Positions 36,940 to 47,338 of a DNA stretch of 63,847 nucleotides are shown here, piece by piece. The notes beneath the pieces were generated by a model. The model made no database searches. It saw nothing but the letters and a program-made list of their open reading frames with translations, and was not told the origin of the DNA. A program made the position numbers and the translations under genes. The stretch is from a virus (lineage: Duplodnaviria; Caudoviricetes), in IMG/VR virus record IMGVR_UViG_3300005832_000038, positions 1 to 63,847 of that record; one strand, 5' to 3'. The number at the start of each line of letters is the position of its first letter. The stretch's first letter is position 1.

Positions 36940-37613
36940 ATGGGGGTAAAAGTGGTCAAAAACGCAATAAAGGAAACACTCACGCCGGAGCCCGATAGCG
37001 TTAACGTCGATTTTGAAACCTCAGTCGCCTACAAATATAATACGGTTTCGGTTTGGCAAAATGGTATTCGGTTAATCCAGGATTGGGATGACGGGTTTAT
37101 GGAATTGGGCGGAACCGCAATTCGTTTCAGCGAGGCACCGTTAATCGGGGATACGCTACAGGCGGAATACGAGCCTATATGATTCGATTGAAAGAAACGG
37201 CGGGGGATACCCTAATAGGCGCGGTAAACGGCGTCAATACGGTGTATACCACGTCGTTTGCTTTTGATCCGGGGACGGTGAACGTATACGTTAACGGTAG
37301 GTTGAAAGTACGTGATCTCGACGACGGGTTCACCCCACAAGCTCCCCGGACTGTGATTCTTAAAGAGGCCTTGCTAATCGGCGACTCGTTGGAGGTGGAA
37401 TACAAATCCGATGTTGCCACGGGAGGGGGAGCCGACGGCGGGTGTCCTCCTCCCCCGCAGGTAGTGATTTCTAAACCGAGGACGGAAAGCGAGGAGTATC
37501 GTCCGGGGATAGCAACGGATGATCTAGATCCGGCCCTTGTTTCAGACGAATTGCGTTTATCCGTAATAACAGATAAATTACAGCCAGTAATTATAACGCC
37601 AGAAGAGGGGTAA
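36940..37613 (+). other. Two paralogous small beta-sandwich structural genes (36940-37182, 37179-37613)
   Basis: Shared KET..N..TS..TVxVxxNG....DxDDGF..EAxLIGDxLxxEY pattern. Confidence 0.7.
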
Positions 37614-37615
37614 CA

Positions 37616-38638
37616 ATGAGCGTAATCACATTAAAACTGGTAGTGAATAATTTAGACGCAGTGCGCGCATCGTTTACCCATATTAAGGTGTATCGAAGCA
37701 TTACCGGACTTACCGGGGTGTACTCTGAAATTACCGATGTAGCAACGCGTATCCCGTTGGAGGCTGGCCACATTGTTTACGATTTCACCGATGAGGCGGG
37801 CGATCCTGATTATTATTACAAGTCGAGTTACTATCACACGGTTTCCGGGCTCGAGTCTTCGAAGTCTGACGCGCAGCAGGGGGAGGGGGACGCGGCTCTA
37901 GACATCATTTCTGTGAGCGAGTTGAAAATAAATTATCTGTTCGGTTTGGATTTAACGGACGACACGGGGACGGAATATCCTGATACGTTGTACCAATGGT
38001 TTATCAAGTCGGCTGTGAGTTGGCTAGAAGTGAAACTGGATTTAGCGATTCGAACAAGATCGATAACGGATGAACGACACGATTTTTTCAAAGAAGATTA
38101 CGAAAAGTACATATGGTTGAAATTGAAACATCACCCAGTGGTTGACGTGGAATCGGTTTCAATGGTTCTGCCTGGCGAACAGGTAGTCCAGGAATTCGAT
38201 AGGGATTGGTTGCATGTCCAAAAGGATTCGGGGCAGGTAAACATAGTGCCGGGAACAGCCGGAGCGGGAACAATTCTCATGGGATCGGGCGGCGCGTGGT
38301 TACCCTTTGTTTACGGGAGGCACAGGCATATCCCAGACGTATTCCGCGTGAATTATACGGCGGGGTTTGCAACGGGAGAAGTACCGGACATTATCAGGGA
38401 CGCTGTAGGAAAGGTTGCGTCGTTCGGCCCATTGAATATAGCCGGTGACCTACTTGGTGGCGCCGGTATTGCCAGCGCCTCGATTGGGATTGACGGATTG
38501 TCACAAACGTACTCCACAACTTCAAGCGCCACCAATTCGGGATTTGGTTCACGTTTGTTACAATACAGAATGGAATTGAAGGACGTTTTAGGAACCATAC
38601 GTCGTTACTATACTGGCGTTGGTTTTGTAATAGGCTAA
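37616..38638 (+). CDS. Head-tail adaptor (neck) protein
   Basis: AVSWLEVKL, VNYTAGF..P, SIGIDGLSQT..TT.SA motifs; synteny. Confidence 0.75.
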   Translation: MSVITLKLVVNNLDAVRASFTHIKVYRSITGLTGVYSEITDVATRIPLEAGHIVYDFTDEAGDPDYYYKSSYYHTVSGLESSKSDAQQGEGDAALDIISVSELKINYLFGLDLTDDTGTEYPDTLYQWFIKSAVSWLEVKLDLAIRTRSITDERHDFFKEDYEKYIWLKLKHHPVVDVESVSMVLPGEQVVQEFDRDWLHVQKDSGQVNIVPGTAGAGTILMGSGGAWLPFVYGRHRHIPDVFRVNYTAGFATGEVPDIIRDAVGKVASFGPLNIAGDLLGGAGIASASIGIDGLSQTYSTTSSATNSGFGSRLLQYRMELKDVLGTIRRYYTGVGFVIG

Positions 38639-38647
38639 GGGGTAATA

Positions 38648-39469
38648 ATGGCGGGAACGATTACAATGCCCGAGTTTCCAGTGTTGGGGATCCCAGCCGG
38701 AATGAAACAGACTGGACAACGGGTGGACTTTAAACCCGATCAATTTGACTTGGCCATAGAAACCAAGGGGTACTTACTTTCGTGGGAACGTGCCGCGCTT
38801 TGTCCTTGCGCGCCGATAGTCGCACAAACTGAACAGCCGGATCCAAATTGCGAATTGTGCAAGGGTTCGGGTTGGCTGTATTTCGGAGCGCCGGAAACGC
38901 AGGATGTAAGTGATTACGAATTGGATTCTATCCAACAAGCAATCGTAAGCGATAATAACGGTATGCTTATTCGCGGAATCGTGACGGGCGCGCAAACACA
39001 GCCGGATCCATACGACGTGGTTATGCGTCGTACTCCCGGTTTAATGAACGTCACGGTGCGACGGCAAAATAAACTAGGGTACTATGATAAGATAACGGCG
39101 TTGGACGCGGAAATTGTTTTTTCCGAAATAGTAGAGGCCACGGGGACGGAATTTTTAGAAGCTCGTTACAAAATTACGGGTGTTAATTACGTACGTTCAA
39201 GGGCTTTAACGTATAAGGCGGATGTACATTTCGAATTGTACCAAGGCAAAATAAAATGGTTTCCAGCCAGTATACCGGCCTCGGGTACGCGATTAGCGAT
39301 TCATTATCTTTGTCACCCAACATGGCTGGTCGTGGAACATCCGCACGCGGCACGGGTGACACTGAATCTATTCAAAAATCCTAATCCAAAATCGCCTACG
39401 GGGGATCCACGGTTTTTGCCCGTGCAAGCGGTGGTACGTTATGAGTTTTTACCGGAGGCGACCTTATGA
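38648..39469 (+). CDS. Head closure / neck protein
   Basis: WERAALCPC..CELCKGSGW, typical of SPO1/Twort neck; synteny. Confidence 0.75.
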   Translation: MAGTITMPEFPVLGIPAGMKQTGQRVDFKPDQFDLAIETKGYLLSWERAALCPCAPIVAQTEQPDPNCELCKGSGWLYFGAPETQDVSDYELDSIQQAIVSDNNGMLIRGIVTGAQTQPDPYDVVMRRTPGLMNVTVRRQNKLGYYDKITALDAEIVFSEIVEATGTEFLEARYKITGVNYVRSRALTYKADVHFELYQGKIKWFPASIPASGTRLAIHYLCHPTWLVVEHPHAARVTLNLFKNPNPKSPTGDPRFLPVQAVVRYEFLPEATL

Positions 39470-40305
39470 TCGTCATCCGAGACATAGGCGTGCTAATCCC
39501 TCCAGAAGTTTTCGCCAAATTGAAACCCGATATGATTAGGGCGGTAGTGCGTGACATAGCGGACGGGGCCAGAAAAAAATGGTTGGATTTAGCGGCAAAG
39601 GACAAATCGGTTTTTAAAAAAGCTTATATCGATGGAATTCAAGAGGTTAAGTTTACAAAAAACCTGGCAATAATTTCCTTGGTGGGAGAAGTGCCTCACA
39701 TGTTGGAAGACGGCGCGCCGTCGGTAGACATGCGCAAATTTTTATTGGGGCCGGGGGTGCCCGTAGTACCCCTAGGGGAGCGGGGGAAGCACAAAAACTC
39801 GAGCGGGGGTTACTATCGAGCAATTCCTTTCAGACATTCCACCCCTGGTACTGGGCAAGTTGTGGGGCAAGCTATGGGCTCGGCGTATGCGGGCCATGAC
39901 GCGGTGCGCTCGGCTCGAAATTTGGGGGATTTGATTTACAAGGCGGCAAAGAAGTTGTCGGCGACAACAAGTAATCCCTACGGCAAGTCAACGTGGGGCG
40001 GGCGGTTGGACACTAATAAACTGAGAACCTATGGTACGGTAATCGGGCCGGGCCCAATGATTCCACTATTAAAGCCCCATCACAAAACCGATATTTATCA
40101 GGGGATGATTCGCCAGGAAAAAGTTTACGAGAAAGCAAAGCAGGGACAATACACGACGTTTAGAACGATTTCCACGACGGGGGGAGATCCCGACAGTTGG
40201 ATAAGAAAACCGATTGAGGCGAGGCATTACGCTAGCCAGGTGGACGCCTACATACAAAAAGTTGCGCCAATGGCGTTAATGGCTTTTTTAGAGGGACAGA
40301 AATGA
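39466..40305 (+). CDS. Neck / tail completion protein
   Basis: LEDG..DM, YxxIPFRH, YTTFRTIS..SWI motifs; synteny. Confidence 0.7.
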   Translation: MIVIRDIGVLIPPEVFAKLKPDMIRAVVRDIADGARKKWLDLAAKDKSVFKKAYIDGIQEVKFTKNLAIISLVGEVPHMLEDGAPSVDMRKFLLGPGVPVVPLGERGKHKNSSGGYYRAIPFRHSTPGTGQVVGQAMGSAYAGHDAVRSARNLGDLIYKAAKKLSATTSNPYGKSTWGGRLDTNKLRTYGTVIGPGPMIPLLKPHHKTDIYQGMIRQEKVYEKAKQGQYTTFRTISTTGGDPDSWIRKPIEARHYASQVDAYIQKVAPMALMAFLEGQK

Positions 40306-40973
40306 TTCATCGATTATTGCATTCAATTTTAACGTCCGGCCTCAATATCATAAACGACGACATTACGTTGTTGGATGATCTGTTCGATAGAAATTTTGCA
40401 CTGGAAGAGGCGGAGGTTTCCGCGATTAAGGAATATTTTTTAGCGCATACCCCGGAGGTAGTTAACGGTTATGCTCGCAAAGATTCTAATTTTCCCTTGA
40501 TAGCGATTGTGTTAGCAACCGAGGGGGAATCCGAAACATTTTTAGGGGATGACGCGGGCCAAATTATGGACGAGGACGATCCATATTTACACTCGGATAT
40601 TTCAAGTTCCATTTGGACGCATACGTTCAATTTTCTGATTTATACCGATCACCCCGATATTACTATTTACTATTACGAGATCGTGAAATTGATTCTTATA
40701 GGCGGGCTTCCCGTTTTAGTGGACGATGGTTGTTTCGAGTTTTCGCTTTCGGGTGGGGATCTTGCGCCGGATCCGAAGTATTTACCAGAGCATTTATTTG
40801 GTAGGCAGTTAACTTTTACTACCCAGCGCGAAATGCAAATTATTGATCGAGAATCAAGATTATCGAAGGCGTTTAGGGTTGGGGGCATATACGTTGACAG
40901 TAGTGGGAGTAACAGCGATGTTGGGGAAGTTAGGACAAACGTAATACCGTACGGAGTGGGGAACGATGAGTAA
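40302..40973 (+). CDS. Tail terminator / completion protein
   Basis: FPLIAIVL..E.E..LG; located before the sheath. Confidence 0.65.
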   Translation: MIHRLLHSILTSGLNIINDDITLLDDLFDRNFALEEAEVSAIKEYFLAHTPEVVNGYARKDSNFPLIAIVLATEGESETFLGDDAGQIMDEDDPYLHSDISSSIWTHTFNFLIYTDHPDITIYYYEIVKLILIGGLPVLVDDGCFEFSLSGGDLAPDPKYLPEHLFGRQLTFTTQREMQIIDRESRLSKAFRVGGIYVDSSGSNSDVGEVRTNVIPYGVGNDE

Positions 40974-41274
40974 ATCAAAAGTAATCGGCGACTCGTTGAA
41001 CGAACAAGAAATCGACGTGATAACGGAAACCGTTAAACCAGTTGCCATAAAAAAAGAAAATATCGAAATAACGGAAACTGCTAAACCGGTTATCGTAAAC
41101 ACTGAACCGGGGAAACCAGTTGTACCGTTAAAGGTGTTTTTACAAATTTTTGGGAAGAAGTGGGATCAACTGGCGGGTTTTAAACACTACGCGACTATAA
41201 ACCATTTGGGGCCGTTGACGGTGCCGGAATGGCGCAAGGCGTTTACCGATTTTATGAATCGTCCTACTGTTTAG
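40966..41274 (+). CDS. Small protein preceding tail sheath
   Basis: Synteny; AGFK..EW..F..RP. Confidence 0.6.
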   Translation: MSKSKVIGDSLNEQEIDVITETVKPVAIKKENIEITETAKPVIVNTEPGKPVVPLKVFLQIFGKKWDQLAGFKHYATINHLGPLTVPEWRKAFTDFMNRPTV

Positions 41275-41286
41275 GAGGAAAAATCA

Positions 41287-43599
41287 ATGGCAAGCAGCAC
41301 AATTTTCTTTAACGGCAGAACTATCTCAAGGCCTGGATCCTATTCCGAATTAGATGCATCCAGCCTTGAATCGGTAGGACTGGGGGCAACCGGTATCGTC
41401 GGCGTCTTGGGCACTTCCGAAGGGGGTACGCCGGTTACCGCAATGACTGAACCCGCAGATTTCATGCGTATCACCAAACCGGAGCAGGCGAGGACTTTGT
41501 TTCGAAGTGGTGATTTGCGCGAGGTGGCCGATCTGCTTTTCGCGCCGGGAAAAGATCCCGATATTCTCGGGGGAGCGGTCCAAGTCATACCAATGAAAGT
41601 TAATCCCGCGCTGCAAAGCGCGGCCACGTTGGCCAATGCGTACGGGGATTCGATTGTCTTTACCTCGAAAGACTATGGTGCGTTTACCTCGCAAATCAAC
41701 GTGTCACTGGCGGACGGTACAACGCAGGGCAAATTGCTTTCGATTACTTTTGAGGACACCGTGGAATCGGTAGACGATCTCGGCGGTGACATCATGTTCA
41801 ACCTCAAGTACGAAAAACCTACGGGTGGGTGGGATGCGATTACTTCGGAGGTGGAATCCGGGGGGCATGTCGTAACCAATGCTACGCGGGCGTTGGCGGG
41901 ATTGGACAGCGACATTACCCTACAAATGGCGGGTAACTCCCTGGTAACCGTGGCTAGCGCGGATGTGGCGGACACAACGCAGCAAGTGGTCATTTACGGG
42001 TTGGACGCATCCGGGGCCGCGCAAAAAGAGACAATCAATCTGAACGGGACGACCACGGTTTCGGGACTGCTCACATTCTCAAAAGTCTACGGGGCACGCG
42101 TCATCGGCACAGTCGCCGGGGCGATTACCGTAGCCGATACCGTACCGGCAACCATTCTCACAATCGCGGCGGGTGCAAATACGACAAAGGGTTTAGCGGT
42201 CGGCGTGGCGATGTATCTGAGCAATTCGGCTTTGTCCGTCGTTGCCGATGGCGCAACAACGAAAATCCTCGTTGTTGCTGGATACAGCGCTACGGGAGCC
42301 GCGCAGCTAGAAAAATTCATCCTTACCGGGGCCACAACTGTTGTCGGTACCGGCAATTTTTCCGAGATTACTTTCGTCGCCCTCGGGGATGTTGAGGCGG
42401 CGCGCACGCTCACGTTTTCGGCGGAATCAAGCAGGGCAAACGCAGCGGTCCAAAACACGCTGCAAAAAGTCGCAGACTACTACAATGCGCGTTACGTGGC
42501 CTCTACGGGCGGGTTCGTTTTCACCCTAGTAACAGGGTTGACGTCTTTCAATCCGGCGAATCTCGACGTGACCACGGGAGCGGGCGGGGCTGTGAGCTGT
42601 TTATCCCCAGCCAATCCCGCGTATTACGCGGATTTGTGGGCGATAATTGACTGGGTGAACAACAATTCGCAATACACGACGGCGGCGAAGGCGACGGGCG
42701 CGATTGGCGGAGCCCCGTCGAACACTACCGCACCCGCATTTTTGGCGGGTGGGAGCGAGGGCACTACGCTATTCGCCAATTGGCAAGCGGGCCTAAACTT
42801 GTTGAAAAAAGTGCGGGTGAATACCATTGTCGCCTTGTCTTCCGATCCCGCAGTACACGCGGCGGTAGAAGCCCATTGCGCGTATATGTGCGGTGTGGGG
42901 CGAAACGAGCGTGACGGATTTGTCGGCCTACAGAATACGGGTATGACGGACGTTCCAACGAAAACGGAAGCAAAAACGCAGATAATCGCGCTCAATTCCC
43001 GTCATGTTCGAGCTATCGCCCAGGCGTGCGAGCGGTACAATACCGCAGGGGAGCGCCAAGAGTTTCCACCTTATTTCACAGCGGCGATTTTGGCGGGTAT
43101 GCAAGCGGGTTCGGTAGTGGGTACACCCCTGACGAACAAGTATGCAAACATCCTCGCGTTGAGGCAATCGAGCACTTGGAATCCAACTGACGACGCAGAA
43201 GAAATGATTCAAGCTGGCCTATGTTTTCTCGAAAATGTCGACGGCGTAGGTCGCCGAATTGTGCGAAATGTCACGACACATCTAAGCACCTCAAACCTGG
43301 CCTTTACAGAGGGAAGCGTTAACGAGGCTGTGAACACAGTATGTTGGAACTTCCGAACCAACATGGAAATCGCTGTAGGTAAGCGTGGGTTCGCGGGGAC
43401 TGTAAACGCGACAAAAGGCGTTGCCGTAGGTACCCTAGGCCTACTCAAAGACGCGGGGATCATTACCGCGTCCAGAAGTTTGGACGTGGAATTGATTGTC
43501 GATATTCTCGAGGTATCGGTAGAGGTTGCCCCGATCCTTCCCATTAACTTTGTCAAAAATGTAATCCATCTCGTAACAATTCAACAGAGCGCGGAATAG
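41287..43599 (+). CDS. Contractile tail sheath protein
   Basis: FFNG..RPGSY, SGDL, SKDYG, LAGG.EG, TPLTNK, PILPINFV. Confidence 0.92.
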   Translation: MASSTIFFNGRTISRPGSYSELDASSLESVGLGATGIVGVLGTSEGGTPVTAMTEPADFMRITKPEQARTLFRSGDLREVADLLFAPGKDPDILGGAVQVIPMKVNPALQSAATLANAYGDSIVFTSKDYGAFTSQINVSLADGTTQGKLLSITFEDTVESVDDLGGDIMFNLKYEKPTGGWDAITSEVESGGHVVTNATRALAGLDSDITLQMAGNSLVTVASADVADTTQQVVIYGLDASGAAQKETINLNGTTTVSGLLTFSKVYGARVIGTVAGAITVADTVPATILTIAAGANTTKGLAVGVAMYLSNSALSVVADGATTKILVVAGYSATGAAQLEKFILTGATTVVGTGNFSEITFVALGDVEAARTLTFSAESSRANAAVQNTLQKVADYYNARYVASTGGFVFTLVTGLTSFNPANLDVTTGAGGAVSCLSPANPAYYADLWAIIDWVNNNSQYTTAAKATGAIGGAPSNTTAPAFLAGGSEGTTLFANWQAGLNLLKKVRVNTIVALSSDPAVHAAVEAHCAYMCGVGRNERDGFVGLQNTGMTDVPTKTEAKTQIIALNSRHVRAIAQACERYNTAGERQEFPPYFTAAILAGMQAGSVVGTPLTNKYANILALRQSSTWNPTDDAEEMIQAGLCFLENVDGVGRRIVRNVTTHLSTSNLAFTEGSVNEAVNTVCWNFRTNMEIAVGKRGFAGTVNATKGVAVGTLGLLKDAGIITASRSLDVELIVDILEVSVEVAPILPINFVKNVIHLVTIQQSAE

Positions 43600-43611
43600 T
43601 GAGGTAAGACC

Positions 43612-44058
43612 ATGGCAGAAAAAGGCAGACTATTTACCGGAGCGCGGGCGCGCTTTTCCATAAACGGTGTAAAGGTGGGATATGCCCGAAACGTGGCCGT
43701 TACTGAACAGGTGGAATATTTCCCGGCCGAATGTTTAGACAACATCGAAGTTGAAGAGCACGTACCCATCGCATATCGTGTTCAATTCACGGCTTCGATG
43801 TTTCGGATCATCGGGGAAACCATAAAGACGCTGGGATTCTTTCCCGAAGTCGGGGGGAATACCGAGGAGCATCTAGCAAATATTCTCGTGAGCGGGGATT
43901 TGGTGGCCACAATCGAGGACACGAAAACCAGTAAGATTTTCGCGACGTTAGAGCAAGTGAAAATCGCTTCGCACTCGTGGGCAATCGACGCGAGGGGGAT
44001 CGTCGGGGAGGATTTGGAATTTGTAGCCACGAGAATTCGTGACGAAAGCGAAATTTAG
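43612..44058 (+). CDS. Tail tube protein
   Basis: 148 aa directly after sheath; TGARA..NGVKVG..EHVP. Confidence 0.88.
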   Translation: MAEKGRLFTGARARFSINGVKVGYARNVAVTEQVEYFPAECLDNIEVEEHVPIAYRVQFTASMFRIIGETIKTLGFFPEVGGNTEEHLANILVSGDLVATIEDTKTSKIFATLEQVKIASHSWAIDARGIVGEDLEFVATRIRDESEI

Positions 44059-44124
44059 CGGTATGTTTTTCTAGTCTGGTCTCCTACTCCATTTTGGCAG
44101 AAAATCCCGTTTCGCACGCGGGTG

Positions 44125-44163
44125 TCCCTTGGGTTGCTCCTTCCCGAACCCAGGGGATTTTTT
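44125..44163 (+). terminator. Rho-independent terminator after tail tube
   Basis: TCCCTTGGGTT/AACCCAGGGGA stem followed by TTTTTT. Confidence 0.65.
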
Positions 44164-44190
44164 ATCTCATACAATTTCTGGCGGATATAG

Positions 44191-44233
44191 AAAAGGGTGC
44201 GGCCGTTACTTAGGGATCGGAACGGCCGCACCC
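44191..44233 (-). terminator. Perfect 13-bp inverted repeat; terminator-like on the minus strand
   Basis: GGGTGCGGCCGTT-N13-AACGGCCGCACCC preceded by AAAA. Confidence 0.5.
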
Positions 44234-44336
44234 AAGGAAAACACTAACCGCTATTTAGGCTACCAATTTTTGAAACGTTGTCAACGAATCGCATTTAGGG
44301 CACGTTGGTTGCATAACAGCAAAGGAGAGCGAACCA

Positions 44337-44834
44337 ATGACTAGTAGCGGTAAAGAAATTTTGGACAGGTTAACCCCGAAACATTTGCAGGAGGAAATCG
44401 AGGACGATACTCGAGCGTTAAAACGGACAATCGAAATGGAAGTAGGGGAAAAAGAGGCCTTGCAAAAACAAATCCAAAAAAATGATCCAAAAATGCAGCC
44501 AAAATACACATTTTCGATCAATTGGACGGACGGCCAAGGTCGGGTTTGGAAAGGCGAGTTTGTTAATAAAATATTGTCTATTCGAGATAGGCAAATGGTG
44601 GGTGTAATGCGCGCCAGACTGGGTAACGCTTTACCCGCAGAATCCCTTGATTTACTAACTCAAGAAATCAATCTGATGATCGCCCATTTGATGTTTTCTT
44701 TGGAAGTGAAGCCAGACTGGGCAGAAGATTTGAGGGATTTGCAGCACGTTGAGCTTCTACAGAATATTTATATGGAGGTAATGGCCCACGAGGCCATGTT
44801 TTTCAGAAGAGAATCACTTACTACAGAAGGCTAG
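44337..44834 (+). CDS. Tail assembly chaperone
   Basis: Between tube and tape measure; ..KPDW..IY.EV..FFR ending. Confidence 0.75.
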   Translation: MTSSGKEILDRLTPKHLQEEIEDDTRALKRTIEMEVGEKEALQKQIQKNDPKMQPKYTFSINWTDGQGRVWKGEFVNKILSIRDRQMVGVMRARLGNALPAESLDLLTQEINLMIAHLMFSLEVKPDWAEDLRDLQHVELLQNIYMEVMAHEAMFFRRESLTTEG

Positions 44835-45153
44835 GGAAACTGTAGAGACGGGATTTAGTCAGGTAAAACGGTGGTGGACGAAAAAATACAAATTGCCAGC
44901 AAATCACGAATTGTTTGTAACGCAAAGCATAGCAGAGCTAACGTTAGAAATGTTCGAGGACATGTTGTTACGAAAACAGGAAATTTTGGATCAATTAAAA
45001 GACTTGGATACAAAGCAATCCAATGAATTGTATGAACAATTAAACGCGATAAACGCAGTGTTGGGAGAAGAAGTCTTGGTGCAGGATGACTTGGTGGATC
45101 GCTGGGAAAGAGAGCTAGAGCAAGGGATTATTCCCGATTTGAACGAAAGGTGA
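44800..45153 (+). CDS. Frameshifted extension of the tail assembly chaperone (+1 frame)
   Basis: +1 frame open from 44782 with no convincing start; RWWTKKYKLP lies upstream of the predicted TTG 44893. Confidence 0.6.
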   Translation, partial: FSEENHLLQKARETVETGFSQVKRWWTKKYKLPANHELFVTQSIAELTLEMFEDMLLRKQEILDQLKDLDTKQSNELYEQLNAINAVLGEEVLVQDDLVDRWERELEQGIIPDLNER

Positions 45154-45157
45154 GGCC

Positions 45158-47338
45158 GTGCCCAAGGACATAAAAACCAATATCGTATTAGGTGTTCAGA
45201 CGAAAGGTATAGACGAGGCCAGCCAAAAAACCACGAAATTCAATAAATCCCTTACAGAAGCGGTAAAAGCCCAGGTAAAAGGATTTGCCGAGGCCGAAAA
45301 GCACATACAAAAATTGTGTCGGGAAACCGAGCGCGCCGGGGAAAAAACGGTACGGGTGACCAAGCGTGTTACCGAGGCCATCAAAAAGAAAACAGCGGCG
45401 GAAAAGGACGCGGAGCGTGCGGCGCGCCGCGCCATACGAGAGGCCGAACGCGAGGCCTCGAAGGTCGGCAGGCAAGCCGAGCGGGACGAGCAAAAGCGTA
45501 GGGGTGCTTTTAAGCAAGGCCTTATTCAGGGCGGGTTTCCCATGCCAGCGGCGTTTATACAACGCGGGCCCGGCATGGGTAGACAAATGGCCGGTATGGC
45601 CGTCGGCGGAGCGGTTGGCGGTACTTTTCGCCGGGGCCTAGGGATAGGGGGAGGCCTCGCGAGTGCCGCGTTTACGGGAATCGGAGGAGTGCAACAAGCG
45701 CTTTCTGGAATACCAATTGTAGGCGGCGCAGCGGCGGGAATGTTGGGCGCAGCAGCGGGGTACGCCCAACAACACATCCAATTTCAACGACAACGTATTG
45801 GCATGGCCCCGATGCTCACGAGCCCCATGGAGAGGCAACGGGTAGCGCAGCGAAACGAGGCCGTGCGAAAATGGCAGAGGGAGCAAGACAAGCTAAGCTC
45901 GCTAGAAGATAAACTCCGGTTCAGTCAGTACAGCCGAGAAGTCGATTTGGGCGGCGGGATGCGTATTGCGCCACCTACGGAAGAAATGTTGAAAAACCCC
46001 TTGTTCGCGGGTGCGGAGTTTAACGAGGATAGGCGGGCTCTACCAGTCGAAAAGGGTCTTAGAAAGCAAATTAAGAAGCAACAAGTGGCTGTTTCGAAAA
46101 TGCAGAAGGGGGCACGGGCAGCGCTTCGCACTGGTTTGGAAAATGTGGGCGGATTGGGATTGCGTTTGATGGGAGTTGGCCGGGAAGAGGCCGAGCAGGC
46201 AGCAGCGGGCATTGTTCAGGCGGGCGGCGGGCGTATGGGGGAAGCACAGCGCCAGGGGATGATAGAGACGGGGTTCGCGGCGAAAACAATGTATGGTGTT
46301 CAAGAGGGGGTTTCGGGCGCGTTTCTTCGGGGTGGACGTCGCGGGGGATTAGAGGGGGCCCGTGGCCAAGCGGGCCGGGCAATGACGGAAGCCATCCAAG
46401 ACGGGTTAAAATTGGGCCTCGAAGGGTCGGAGTTAAACGATTACCTGCAAAGTATTGCATCGGGGATACAGCAGTTCGAAATGACGGGGATTCCGGTAGC
46501 CAAAGAATCCATCGCCGGAATGAGTCAAGCGTTTGCCATTTCTGGGATTGCGGGAACGCGTGCGGCGAGGTTAGGCCAAGGGTTGACGAGTTACGCCCAG
46601 GGCATGGGGACACGCGGGGTTAAAAGCAGTATGGATTTGCTAATGCTCCAAAGACTTGGTGGGTATAAGGGAGGCGGCGCGGAAGAACTACAAGACGCTT
46701 TTATTCGTATGGAGGCCATGAAAGGCCAGGAAACCGGAAAAAGCGTTGGTCAATGGGGAATGCAGAGCGCGACGTCGAATCTTTTACGGGAAGTAATCCA
46801 ACTTAGTGGCGGGGGTAAAGGCGGACAAATGGGTTTGCGCAATGCGTTAGAACGCATGGGAATTAACATGACGCAAACCGAAGTGAGGTTATTGGGAAAA
46901 CGTTTGGTGGGTGGAAAGCTAAGCGAGGCCGAGCAAGCGCAGGCCGATGAAGAGTTAGAGAGGCGTTTAAGCGGGGAAGGCGAAGCAGGGTATATCGGGA
47001 AAAAGGATAAAACTGGGAGAATGATTGGGCTCACGCGTGGGGCCGCGCAGGCGGTAGGGCAATTAGGTCCATCCGCTCGAGCCCAGGCAGCAATCCAAAA
47101 TAGACAATTAGCGATGGGCGGGAAGATGGTAGGCGCGGTCCAATCGCTCGAGCGGTCGGCCATAAACACAAACGAGGCTTTTACAAAATTGGTGGACGGG
47201 CCTTTGAAAAACTTTGGGGGATGGTTGGAGAAAATCACGGGTTCGCTAAAAACCTTGGTTGATAAGGGACAAAAAGGCTCGTTAACGGCCGGGGATGTAA
47301 TAGGGGCCGTGCTGCGCAACCCCGTGGGGACTAATTAA
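45158..47338 (+). CDS. Tape measure protein
   Basis: Ala/Gly-rich and helical; follows the chaperone. Confidence 0.85.
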   Translation: MPKDIKTNIVLGVQTKGIDEASQKTTKFNKSLTEAVKAQVKGFAEAEKHIQKLCRETERAGEKTVRVTKRVTEAIKKKTAAEKDAERAARRAIREAEREASKVGRQAERDEQKRRGAFKQGLIQGGFPMPAAFIQRGPGMGRQMAGMAVGGAVGGTFRRGLGIGGGLASAAFTGIGGVQQALSGIPIVGGAAAGMLGAAAGYAQQHIQFQRQRIGMAPMLTSPMERQRVAQRNEAVRKWQREQDKLSSLEDKLRFSQYSREVDLGGGMRIAPPTEEMLKNPLFAGAEFNEDRRALPVEKGLRKQIKKQQVAVSKMQKGARAALRTGLENVGGLGLRLMGVGREEAEQAAAGIVQAGGGRMGEAQRQGMIETGFAAKTMYGVQEGVSGAFLRGGRRGGLEGARGQAGRAMTEAIQDGLKLGLEGSELNDYLQSIASGIQQFEMTGIPVAKESIAGMSQAFAISGIAGTRAARLGQGLTSYAQGMGTRGVKSSMDLLMLQRLGGYKGGGAEELQDAFIRMEAMKGQETGKSVGQWGMQSATSNLLREVIQLSGGGKGGQMGLRNALERMGINMTQTEVRLLGKRLVGGKLSEAEQAQADEELERRLSGEGEAGYIGKKDKTGRMIGLTRGAAQAVGQLGPSARAQAAIQNRQLAMGGKMVGAVQSLERSAINTNEAFTKLVDGPLKNFGGWLEKITGSLKTLVDKGQKGSLTAGDVIGAVLRNPVGTN

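Noticed and set aside
28515-44095. 13-nt complementarity between the RBS region at 28515-28527 and 44083-44095
   Set aside because: Many 13-nt matches are expected by chance in 64 kb and both sites are SD-like; not enough to claim antisense control.
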